The notes beneath the pieces are model-generated. The model ran no database searches and was not told the origin of the DNA. It saw only the letters and a program-made list of their open reading frames with translations. DNA of 64,000 bases from positions 1-64,000 of the forward strand of contig JBNKBE010000023.1 in assembly GCA_050287085.1 (NCBI GenBank). The letters are read 5' to 3'. The DNA is from Polyangiaceae bacterium (lineage in GTDB: Bacteria > Myxococcota_A > Polyangia > Polyangiales > Polyangiaceae). Every line of letters starts with the position of its first letter. Position 1 is the first letter of the stretch. Below, piece by piece: positions 38,139-46,958 of this stretch. The position numbers were made by a program, and so were the translations under genes.

Positions 38139-39086
38139 GTGAACCAAACTGTCCTAGCTCCGTTTTTTTCCTCCCCCGCATCGCGGGTCCTAGCTCTCAG
38201 TCTCGTTTGCGCGGCCGGCATGCTTGCCTGCAGCAGCGAACCCAATAGCCGCAGTAACGATGAGCCGCGCCGATATCCGGGTCTCGTGTTGATCGACGAC
38301 ATGGAGGACGAGAACACCCAGACGCTTCAGGATTCAGCCGGGTACCTGGGCTTCTGGTACACCTACGACGACCGCAAGGACTGCCGCGAAGACTACTGCT
38401 GCACCGTCGATATGAGCAAGCTCAACGCCGCTTGCGCCACGAACGAAGTGGCGCAGTGCCCTGGACAGATGAGCCCCGACCCGGAGCCTGGCATGGGCGC
38501 TCCGGACTTTCCGATGAGCCCAACCTCGGCCGCCGGTTTCGCGGCCGACCCAAGCAAGGCAGAGATACAAGCCGAAGTCGCTGAGTCGAAGTTCGCGGCC
38601 CATATGTCGGGCGAAGGGTACGGCCTATGGGGCGCGGGAATGGGCGTAACGCTAAATGAAGACGCTGCCTTCGACGCCACCACGCCGAGACTGCCAAACG
38701 AAAGCTTCGTTGGGATCCGCTTCTTGGGCGCCACCGGCCTCGGCGCCCAAGCCGTCAACGTGAAAGTCCCGGATATCAGCGGTCAGCCGGGCGGCGGTAT
38801 GTGCCTGCCGAAGTCGGGTTGCGGCGTCAAACAGGGTTGTTACGCGGACTGGGGCAAAGTCGTCACTCTGGACAGCACCTGGCGGGAGTACCGCATCCTA
38901 TTCAGCGAGCTGGAGGTGCCTGACTTCGGTGCCTACGTAGGCGCGCCCCCGGCGGCCATCGACCCGACGCAGTTGTTCCAGGTTCAGTTCCAGACAGATG
39001 GCGCCAACGACGGCGCGCCCTTTGACATCTGGGTGGACAACGTAGCGTTTATCCTCGCGAACGGCAGCACGGCCCCCGTCAACTGA
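38139..39086 (+). CDS. Carbohydrate-binding lipoprotein, paralog of 34390-35118
   Basis: Lipobox MLAC, LIDDMED, GFWYTYDD, WGAGMGV, FVGIRF, WREYRILFSEL and QFQ...FDIWVDNVAF; Cys-rich insertion. Confidence 0.75.
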   Translation: MNQTVLAPFFSSPASRVLALSLVCAAGMLACSSEPNSRSNDEPRRYPGLVLIDDMEDENTQTLQDSAGYLGFWYTYDDRKDCREDYCCTVDMSKLNAACATNEVAQCPGQMSPDPEPGMGAPDFPMSPTSAAGFAADPSKAEIQAEVAESKFAAHMSGEGYGLWGAGMGVTLNEDAAFDATTPRLPNESFVGIRFLGATGLGAQAVNVKVPDISGQPGGGMCLPKSGCGVKQGCYADWGKVVTLDSTWREYRILFSELEVPDFGAYVGAPPAAIDPTQLFQVQFQTDGANDGAPFDIWVDNVAFILANGSTAPVN

Positions 39087-39216
39087 TTCTCGGCAGAGGG
39101 GGCCCCGCGAGCGACCCGCGCGGCTCCCCTCTGAGCCCCTTAACGTTCTGGGCCAAACGCGCTATCGTTCCGCGGCGTCTAGGCTCACCGAGCGGGTCGC
39201 CTCCCGGGCAATTCTC

Positions 39217-40968
39217 ATGACCGACTCCGATAGCAGCGAAGGCCCCAAGTTCCTGGTCCCACGTCCGGAGGGGGCGCCGCTCCGCAAGACCGGTTCGGCT
39301 CCGCCTCCGTCGCCTGACCTGCAGCCCATACTCTCTTCGTTGGGGAGCTCGCGTCCGCCGCTGCCGATGTTGGTTTCGCCCGCGGAGGCCCGCCGTGGCA
39401 ACGGACGAGCTGCGTCGCGCATGCCGCCTCAGGAAAGCCCCGAGACGCCCGAGACGTCCGTCCTTCCGCCACCCTACGAGGAGCCGCCTGAAGCCCTCTC
39501 AGCCGAGGCTGCCGCAGCGGCCAAACACGATGATTCGCATGACGCCCCTCCCCTAGCTGAGTCCAGTCAGCTTGCTGAGTCCAGTCAGCTTGCTGCGGAG
39601 GATGTCGTCCGGAGCGAACGTGGTCTCGCCCGAAGCGATAGCTCACCGCCGATGGCGGTTCCACCTGTGCGCTCCGCGAGCGGCAGACCGCCCCCAGCCC
39701 CAGATCCGGCGCTGCTCGCGCCCCTTCCGAAACCGGGTGCAACTCCTGGGCCCCGCAACTCCCCGTCTCAGACCATGTTGGGCCTGTCTCCGGTTGTGCT
39801 GCCTCCGGCTGCCGCCCTGCCCTCGGAGTTTGGCGGAGGGTTCGAGTCCGCGTCTGCCGGAAGCGCCGAGAAGCTCGCCACGACGGTTCCAAACGGAGAC
39901 CCTGGGCGCGAGATCGTCACCTTCCCGAGCAACGCTCCGGCCGGCCCTCCCAGCACCCTCGCTCCCGTCAGCGACGTGCCCACGGGTCCACAAGGCCGAC
40001 GCTGGGCGGCCCTGGTTGCGCTGCCCATGATCCTGGGTCTCGCCGCCCTCGTAGCCCTCTGGTTCGGAGATCGGAAAGGCGAGCTGCTCATCACGGTTTC
40101 AGGTCCGGAAGGCGTTGAGCTCGGTGCGTTCACCGTGTGGCTGGATGGTGCAAAAGCCTGTGACAGCAGCCCGTGCCGGATCCCCGATCTGAAGCCCGGT
40201 GCGCATACGCTCCGCGCCGAGGCCTCGACGTTGCCTCCCGTGCCTTCCCGCGCGATCATGGTCCGCCCCTCGGAAGTCACCACGGAAGAGCTGAGCTTCA
40301 CGGCGCCTCCCATGGGCCACGTCCTGGTGACCGGCTCGGACGCAGGGCTGACCATCGCCGTCGATGGCAACGACCGAGGGGCGCCCCCCGTGCGGCTGGA
40401 GCTGTCTCCAGGTAAACACGTGGTCCGGGCGACGGGCGACGGGCTTGTGCCCTTGGAACAAGACATCGAGATCCGCGCGGGAGAGGAGCTCGAAATCGGT
40501 CCGCTCGCGCCCAAGCTCCGTCGGGGGCGCCTTCGGATCACATCGACGAGCCGGGTAGCGGCCACGCTTGATGGCAAAGCCATTCGTCTTCCCTTTGACG
40601 AGGAATTGCCGGCGGACGTCCCGCATCGGCTGGAGGCGAAACGCAAGGGTTACGACTCTTTCGAGCAGGAAATTCGCTTCGACCCGAATCATCGCACCGC
40701 CGAGATCGCCATTGAGTTGGAGCGAAGCGGCAGGAAGAGTTCCGACTCCGGCAGCGCGCTCCGGGCCCGGCTGAGCGTCAGAAGCACGCCAGCTGCCTCG
40801 CTGCTAGTGGACGGCACTCCAAAAGGCAAAACGCCCCAGCTCAATGTGCGCGTCAAGTCCGGATTGCACACGCTCACCTTCGTTCATCCGGAACACGGCC
40901 GCAAGACGGTACACGTGCGAGTCGCGGCCGGGGAAACGAAACGCGTTCACTCGCGCTTGAAGAAGTAG
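39217..40968 (+). CDS. PEGA-domain membrane protein with Pro-rich cytoplasmic N-terminus
   Basis: Pro/Ser-rich region, one TM helix (WAALVALPMILGLAALVALWF), and about four PEGA-like repeats (VDG..G.TP...L.PG.H). Confidence 0.8.
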   Translation: MTDSDSSEGPKFLVPRPEGAPLRKTGSAPPPSPDLQPILSSLGSSRPPLPMLVSPAEARRGNGRAASRMPPQESPETPETSVLPPPYEEPPEALSAEAAAAAKHDDSHDAPPLAESSQLAESSQLAAEDVVRSERGLARSDSSPPMAVPPVRSASGRPPPAPDPALLAPLPKPGATPGPRNSPSQTMLGLSPVVLPPAAALPSEFGGGFESASAGSAEKLATTVPNGDPGREIVTFPSNAPAGPPSTLAPVSDVPTGPQGRRWAALVALPMILGLAALVALWFGDRKGELLITVSGPEGVELGAFTVWLDGAKACDSSPCRIPDLKPGAHTLRAEASTLPPVPSRAIMVRPSEVTTEELSFTAPPMGHVLVTGSDAGLTIAVDGNDRGAPPVRLELSPGKHVVRATGDGLVPLEQDIEIRAGEELEIGPLAPKLRRGRLRITSTSRVAATLDGKAIRLPFDEELPADVPHRLEAKRKGYDSFEQEIRFDPNHRTAEIAIELERSGRKSSDSGSALRARLSVRSTPAASLLVDGTPKGKTPQLNVRVKSGLHTLTFVHPEHGRKTVHVRVAAGETKRVHSRLKK

Positions 40969-41167
40969 TCGGCGCGCGGCGCTGTACTGGGGCCCGAAGC
41001 TACATCCCCGACCTCCGGTTTCGTGAGCGTGTCATCGCCGCAGCAAGAGCGTTGAACCGCCGACCCGTGCCTGCGTTCGCCCGTTCAACACCGGCAGAAA
41101 TCCCTAAAACACGAGGGTGATTTCCGCTATGGTCCGCCGCGCCGCCACTGGCGTCACGAGAGTACAT

Positions 41168-42661
41168 ATGAGCAACTTCCCGAACCGCACTAAAATCGTC
41201 GCCACCCTGGGCCCCGCGTCGGCCAATAAGAAGACCATCACCGAGCTTCTGCAGGCGGGCGTAAGCGTCTTTCGCCTCAACTGTTCGCATCAGAGCCACG
41301 AGGTATTGACAGAGAACGTCGCCTACATCCGCGAGGCGTCCAAGACGCTGCGCCTCCCCTGCGGCATTCTTGCCGATCTTCAAGGGCCGAAGATCCGATG
41401 CGGCAAGGTACCGGAGCCGATCGAAATCACACCAGGCCAACAGATGATCGTCTCAACGGAGCCAGGGGTCATCGGCGTTGCCCCGAAGGCCGGGGAAACG
41501 CTGCGCGTTGGAACTGGCTACGAGGGTCTATCTCGCGATGTCAAACCCGGTGAAATGATTCTGATTGATGATGGCAATCTCGAGTTGACGGTCGAGCGCG
41601 TCGAAGGAACTGAAGTTCACTGCAAGGTTGTCCATGGCGGACTGCTCAAGCAATACAAAGGTATCAATCTGCCGGGCTCCGCTGTGTCCGCCGATGCCTT
41701 GACCAAGAAGGACCGCGAGGACCTTGAGCACGTGCTCAAGCTGGACGTGGACTTCGTTGCCCTATCTTTCGTCCGCACGCCCGACGACGTCCGAGACATC
41801 AACAGGCGGATCGCGGCCAGCGGCAAAGACGTGAAGGTCATCAGCAAGCTCGAACGGCCTGAGTCCGTTCGGGAGGAGAACCTGGATGCCATCATCGATG
41901 AGTCTTACGGCATCATGATCGCGCGAGGGGATATGGGCGTTGAGCTCGGCCCAGAGCCCGTCCCTGCTCTCCAGAAGCTCATCATTGCCAAGTGTGTGAG
42001 CAAGTGCAAGCCGGTGATCACCGCGACTCAAATGCTTGAGTCCATGATCGAAAACCCCCGTCCTACGCGCGCCGAAGCCTCCGACGTGGCCAACGCGATC
42101 TACGATGGCACCTCGGCAACCATGTTGTCGGGGGAGACCGCAGCCGGCAAGTTTCCGATTCGGGTCGTGGAGTACATGACCAGCATCGCTCGCAAGACCG
42201 AAGAAGACATTTACTCCGACTGGCACTACTTCGCCAACTGGAACCATCGGGGTGAAGCCGCATCAATTCCCCGCGCAACGGTGCACGCCGCAGCGCGAGC
42301 GGCAATCGACTGCGGAGCCAAGCTGATCGCCGTCTTCACGGAGAGTGGGTTCACCAGTCGCTACCTCGCAGGCGAACGACTGCCAGTACCTGTCGTTGCG
42401 TTCACTCCGCACGACGCAACCCTGAGCCGTCTTTGCCTGCAATACGGAATCATCCCCCGCAAGGTCAGACTGGCCGCCACCAGTCAGTCACAGACGGAAG
42501 AGGGTGAACAGATCATCCTGGAAGAGGGCCTGGCGGAAAGAGGCGATCGCGTCGTCATGATCTTCGGTTCGACTCGCACGCCAGGGTTCACCAATATTGT
42601 GAACATTCGAGTGCTTGGACAGTCCGCCGACGAAGGCCATCCCGCTCACACGTTGGGTTGA
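41168..42661 (+). CDS. pyk: Pyruvate kinase
   Basis: RTKIVATLGPAS, DLQGPKIR, IDDG, KLE, IMIARGDMGVE, TATQMLESM, PTRAEASDVANA and MLSGETA. Confidence 0.97.
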   Translation: MSNFPNRTKIVATLGPASANKKTITELLQAGVSVFRLNCSHQSHEVLTENVAYIREASKTLRLPCGILADLQGPKIRCGKVPEPIEITPGQQMIVSTEPGVIGVAPKAGETLRVGTGYEGLSRDVKPGEMILIDDGNLELTVERVEGTEVHCKVVHGGLLKQYKGINLPGSAVSADALTKKDREDLEHVLKLDVDFVALSFVRTPDDVRDINRRIAASGKDVKVISKLERPESVREENLDAIIDESYGIMIARGDMGVELGPEPVPALQKLIIAKCVSKCKPVITATQMLESMIENPRPTRAEASDVANAIYDGTSATMLSGETAAGKFPIRVVEYMTSIARKTEEDIYSDWHYFANWNHRGEAASIPRATVHAAARAAIDCGAKLIAVFTESGFTSRYLAGERLPVPVVAFTPHDATLSRLCLQYGIIPRKVRLAATSQSQTEEGEQIILEEGLAERGDRVVMIFGSTRTPGFTNIVNIRVLGQSADEGHPAHTLG

Positions 42662-42725
42662 TCGAGCAGGCCGCTGCGGGTTCGGAAGGCGACGCGTACC
42701 GCCGCCCGTCCCGCAGCGCCGGAGC

Positions 42726-44093
42726 CTATTCGTCCGTGGCGTTCTTTTTTGCTACGCGCGCCTTCATGATCTGGAAGTAGCGCCGTGCCACGCCTGCGCT
42801 CTCGGCGGCGCGAGTAACGTTGCCGCCGTGACTGGCCAGCATCTTCTCAACGTAGCGACGCTCGAATTCCTCCACCACCATTTGCCGGGCCTCCCCAAGC
42901 GGCAAGGTTAACGCACGGTCGAAGACGTCACCCGGGGGATCGCTGGCCATCAGCTCGGCGTGCATGGCTGCAGGCCCTCCGCTCTGCCCCAAGTTGGCGA
43001 GCTCACCCAACGCCAGGTGGCGCGCCAAGGTGTCGCGCAGCTCCCGCACGTTCCCAGGCCACTGATAGTCCTCCCAACTGCGTCGCAGCTCTTGGCTCAG
43101 GCTTCCTTCGTCGCCTTGAAGCTCGCGGCAGAAGTGACGGACCAGGAGCGCGATGTCTCCCCGTCGCTGGCGGAGGGGTGGCAGCTCCAGTCGGGCGACG
43201 CTCAGCCGCTGCAGGAGCTCCTCACTCATCCGTCCAACCTGCACCTCGCGGTCGAGGTCCTTGCGCGTCGTGGCAATGACCCGAACGTCGATGGGCACTG
43301 GATGGTTGGCTCCCAGAGGCAGGATCTCGTTGCGCTCCAACACCCGCACCAACTTGAGTTGATTTGCGGGAGCCATGTCGGCGATCTCGTTCAGGATCAG
43401 GGTCCCACCGCGAGCCCGCTCGAAGAGACCGACGCGAGCGATGGGCGCGTTGATGAACGCCGTCGCAGTATGACCGTAGAGTTCGGCCTCCAACATATTG
43501 GGGGGCACCGCGCTACAATCCAACACGATGAAGGGCCCCTGCGAGCGCTGGCTTTCCAAGTGGATCGCCTCAGCCATAAGCTCCTTGCCGGTACCCGCCT
43601 CGCCCTCGATGACAAGCGGAACCAACGACTGCGATAGTCGTTCGCAAAGGGGATACAGACGGCGCATTTCGGTGCTCGCGCCAACTACCGGTCCAAAGCC
43701 GGCTTGCATGGGCAACTTGACCTTCTTTGCGCTATCGGCGCGCTCCAAACGGAACGTCGTAGCTCCGACCGCAACAACCTCTCCGCCATCGAGGTAGGCC
43801 TCGGTGATCGTCAAACCGTTTACCTGCGTGCCGTTGGTCGAACCAAGATCGCTAATGCGAGCTCGCTTGCCGACGATATCGAGCGCCACGTGACGGCGAG
43901 AAACAGTCTTGTCAGTAAGCTGCACCGTACACGCCGCCGCTGTACCCACCAGAATTCGAGAGGGCTCACCTCCGTCCAGCTCGAAGACCTTCCCGGCATC
44001 GAGTCCTTCCGTGACACATAGCCGAAAGGGCTCAGGGGCCGGAGATGGATCAAATGCGTGGGTCAGTAGTCGCGTGACTTCGTCGCGATTCAT
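42726..44093 (-). CDS. FHA-domain + sigma54-interaction AAA + HTH protein with degenerate motifs
   Basis: FHA (VSRRH...DLGSTNGT), Walker A GEAGTGKE, WPGNVREL and a Fis-type HTH (GGNVTRAA). GAFTGA is replaced by TAFINA. Confidence 0.9.
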   Translation of the reverse strand: MNRDEVTRLLTHAFDPSPAPEPFRLCVTEGLDAGKVFELDGGEPSRILVGTAAACTVQLTDKTVSRRHVALDIVGKRARISDLGSTNGTQVNGLTITEAYLDGGEVVAVGATTFRLERADSAKKVKLPMQAGFGPVVGASTEMRRLYPLCERLSQSLVPLVIEGEAGTGKELMAEAIHLESQRSQGPFIVLDCSAVPPNMLEAELYGHTATAFINAPIARVGLFERARGGTLILNEIADMAPANQLKLVRVLERNEILPLGANHPVPIDVRVIATTRKDLDREVQVGRMSEELLQRLSVARLELPPLRQRRGDIALLVRHFCRELQGDEGSLSQELRRSWEDYQWPGNVRELRDTLARHLALGELANLGQSGGPAAMHAELMASDPPGDVFDRALTLPLGEARQMVVEEFERRYVEKMLASHGGNVTRAAESAGVARRYFQIMKARVAKKNATDE

Positions 44094-44418
44094 GCCCTAC
44101 GACTACCACCGAAAGCGCCCGGAGCGAGCGCGGAGCACGCGGTCAGTCCACACTCGGCCTAACAGCCGAATGTGGACTTCGCGGAGGTGCGTTTGCGCGC
44201 GCGCGGTTCCACCATTTCGAGCCTTGAGGTTGCGACGTTGCTGGTGTTTGATGCCTCCCAAGCTCGCCGAGGTGCTCTCGGCGCAACCCCTGAAGAACAC
44301 ACGTGCTCGCCCGGACGTCGCTGCCCCCTGCACGACCCCACCGGAAGCGAGCTAGTCTAGATCCGTACGCGCCCACGCCGACGGTGACCGCGATGCGGCG
44401 CTCATCAAAACGACTGCA

Positions 44419-45711
44419 ATGACTCAGAATAAGCTCGCAATTCTAGCGGCTGGTGGCCCCGCCCCGGGTATCAACAGCGTAATCGCCGCGGCCACGATCC
44501 GCGCTCGCCTCTCGGGACTCGACGTGATCGGGATCCGCGATGGCTTTCGCTATCTGATGGAAGGACGTACCGACCAGGTCGAGGACCTGACCATCGAAAA
44601 CGTAACGCCCATTCACTACCGAGGGGGCTCCATTCTGGGCATCGATCGTGCCAACCCGGTTCGGGAAAACAAGCTCGAGAAGACTGTCGCTACGCTGGTG
44701 GAGCTTGGCGTCAATCGCGTCATCGCGATCGGTGGCGATGGCACCGCCTACACGACGCTGCGCCTGCTGGAGGCAGCCGGCGACCGACTGCAGGTCGTCC
44801 ACGTACCGAAAACGATTGATAACGACCTGCTGCTACCGGACGACATCCCGACTTTCGGCTTTCAGACGGCTCGACATGTGGGCGTCCGTATCGTTACCGA
44901 CCTGCACATGGACGCCAAGACCACGTCGCGTTGGTACTTTGTTGTAGCCATGGGACGCCAGGCGGGGCATCTCGCTCTCGGAATAGGGAAAGCCGCGGGC
45001 GCTACCGTTACCCTGATCCCGGAGGAGTTTGCAGAAGGAACGCCGCTCCGAGAAATGGTCGATGTGCTCGCCGGAGCGATCATCAAGCGACTCGCTCAAG
45101 GGCATCGCTACGGCACGGCAGTACTCGCCGAAGGATTGGCGGAGCGAATGGCTCAAGAGGACCTCGCCTCGGTGGCGGGCAATGCGGACAAAGATCAATT
45201 CGGACGCGTACGACTAGCCGACGTCAATCTCGGCGAGATCTTGGCCAAGGAAGTCAAGAAGCGCTTGGAGCAGCTGCCGAGCAAGTTGAAAGTGACGATC
45301 CAGGATCGCACGGTGGGCTACGAGCTCCGGTGTTGTGATCCGATCCCCTTCGACCTGGAGTACACTCGCGACCTCGGCTACAGCGCAACCAAGTACCTCC
45401 TCGAGGGCGGTAGCGGCGCGATGATCACGATACAGCGCGGGCGTTTTCAGCCCGTACCGTTCGCGGACATTCTGGACAAGGAGACGCACAGAACGCGCGT
45501 TCGCAACGTCGACATCAATACCGACAGCTACAAGATCGCTCGTCGCTACATGATCCGCCTGCGCAAAGACGACTTCAGCAAGCCCGCCGTAATCGACGAG
45601 TTCGCCGCCATCGCAGGGCTGGACGCGGAGACCTTTCGGCGAGAGTTCGAGTACGTCACGACCTCCGAAGCCCCACCACTCTCATTCGCGCGACGGTGGC
45701 CCTCCGACTGA
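44419..45711 (+). CDS. 6-phosphofructokinase (PPi-PFK 'short'-clade-like scaffold)
   Basis: GGPAPGIN, GGSILG, IGGDGT, PKTIDND, TFGFQTA, MGR, AEG and GYELRC. Confidence 0.93.
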   Translation: MTQNKLAILAAGGPAPGINSVIAAATIRARLSGLDVIGIRDGFRYLMEGRTDQVEDLTIENVTPIHYRGGSILGIDRANPVRENKLEKTVATLVELGVNRVIAIGGDGTAYTTLRLLEAAGDRLQVVHVPKTIDNDLLLPDDIPTFGFQTARHVGVRIVTDLHMDAKTTSRWYFVVAMGRQAGHLALGIGKAAGATVTLIPEEFAEGTPLREMVDVLAGAIIKRLAQGHRYGTAVLAEGLAERMAQEDLASVAGNADKDQFGRVRLADVNLGEILAKEVKKRLEQLPSKLKVTIQDRTVGYELRCCDPIPFDLEYTRDLGYSATKYLLEGGSGAMITIQRGRFQPVPFADILDKETHRTRVRNVDINTDSYKIARRYMIRLRKDDFSKPAVIDEFAAIAGLDAETFRREFEYVTTSEAPPLSFARRWPSD

Positions 45712-45813
45712 GCTAAGAGCTCACCTATCAAGTCCAGCGGTCCCGGGCGGAGGTGCGCCCCCCCGGGTGCCGCTCCCTACCACGACGCCCGCGTCTTCCG
45801 ACGGACGAAAGCC

Positions 45814-46785
45814 CTAGAGGCCGGACGAAGAGGCTGACTCTCCGCCTAGCCCAAGCCGCTGAGCAAACTGCAGAAGCTCCCGCCGGCGCGCCTTGACGAG
45901 CAGAGCTGACGGCACCGGGTGAAGTGACCAAATAACCTTCCACCCCCGGCGCTCGCCAGGAGGCAATAAGGTGCAGGGGCCCTGTTGCTCAATCTCGACG
46001 TAGTCCGCCGCACCACTGGCAAAAATTTCAATCATCGCCTCGCCCGGCGCCTGCAGTTGGGGCGCCACCGGTTCGAAACGCTTGAGCAGCAGTGTGGTAC
46101 CCGAAATGTGGCCGAGCCAGCCCTCCGCACTGTGGGCGAAGAGCTTCTGATCTTCGAGGATGTGCTCGCGCCGATAGTCGAACCACACGGCCCCCAAGTC
46201 GCGCGTGACGGGCAGCTGCACGTGGCCGACCGGATGCGCTACCGGCTCCCCCGCGGCGAAGAAAGTGAGGCCGCCGCGAACTCGACTGATTTCCCAGGGC
46301 GCAAGGCTCAGCGCTGCCGAGCCATGATTGGTTACTAGGTATTCCACCTCGATGCCATCACAGGTGTCAAGGGGTCGAAAGCGCTTGGTGACCGCCACAC
46401 CCAGTTCTTCGCTGACCTGTCCCGCGCAGACCAAAGAGGGACCGCCGTGCTCCGTTGGAGCACAAGACGTAGCCACATAGGGCGCGCTGTCGACCTCGAA
46501 AACAGGAGGCCAGCCCCAAGTACTCTGGGGACTCGTCCAAAACGTCGACCCGAAGTTGTTCGGATCAACGTCTGCGCCCGTGAGCATGTTGTGCCCGTCT
46601 ACTCCAAACGCCGTGATTCGGGCGCCGACCTGCGGTTCGATCCGCATCGAGCAGTCGCCGGCTTGCACGACCCAGGCACTTTCCCCAGGAACGGGCCAAA
46701 CCCCGCTTCCATTGCCAGCATCACCTCGGCCCGCAGGGTTTGACGACAACGAATCGTGATCGGAGGGATCTGTCGGAGCGCTCAC
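45814..46785 (-). CDS. DUF4380 / galactose-mutarotase-like fold protein
   Basis: PQVGARI, NFGSTFWTSPQSTWGWPP, APWEISRV and YVEIEQQG pattern. Confidence 0.6.
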   Translation of the reverse strand: MSAPTDPSDHDSLSSNPAGRGDAGNGSGVWPVPGESAWVVQAGDCSMRIEPQVGARITAFGVDGHNMLTGADVDPNNFGSTFWTSPQSTWGWPPVFEVDSAPYVATSCAPTEHGGPSLVCAGQVSEELGVAVTKRFRPLDTCDGIEVEYLVTNHGSAALSLAPWEISRVRGGLTFFAAGEPVAHPVGHVQLPVTRDLGAVWFDYRREHILEDQKLFAHSAEGWLGHISGTTLLLKRFEPVAPQLQAPGEAMIEIFASGAADYVEIEQQGPCTLLPPGERRGWKVIWSLHPVPSALLVKARRRELLQFAQRLGLGGESASSSGL

Positions 46786-46958
46786 CTCCCCTTCGTATCA
46801 CCCCGGGGCTGTTGGTTTCAAACAGCCTGATGAGGGTTCAACGGCGATCGCGTGCGCTTCCTGGCTTGGGCCCGGAAAGGACGCCCGTTCAGACCGCATA
46901 GCGCGTGAGCAAAACGCGCCGCGATCGCCGGCTCATGCTAGAGTCGATACGAACCTGA

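Noticed and set aside
39556..39594. 18-bp tandem repeat in the PEGA gene (LAESSQ x2); similar GPAR and SPAVG repeats in the FecR gene
   Set aside because: In-frame slippage in low-complexity linkers; no evidence of function.
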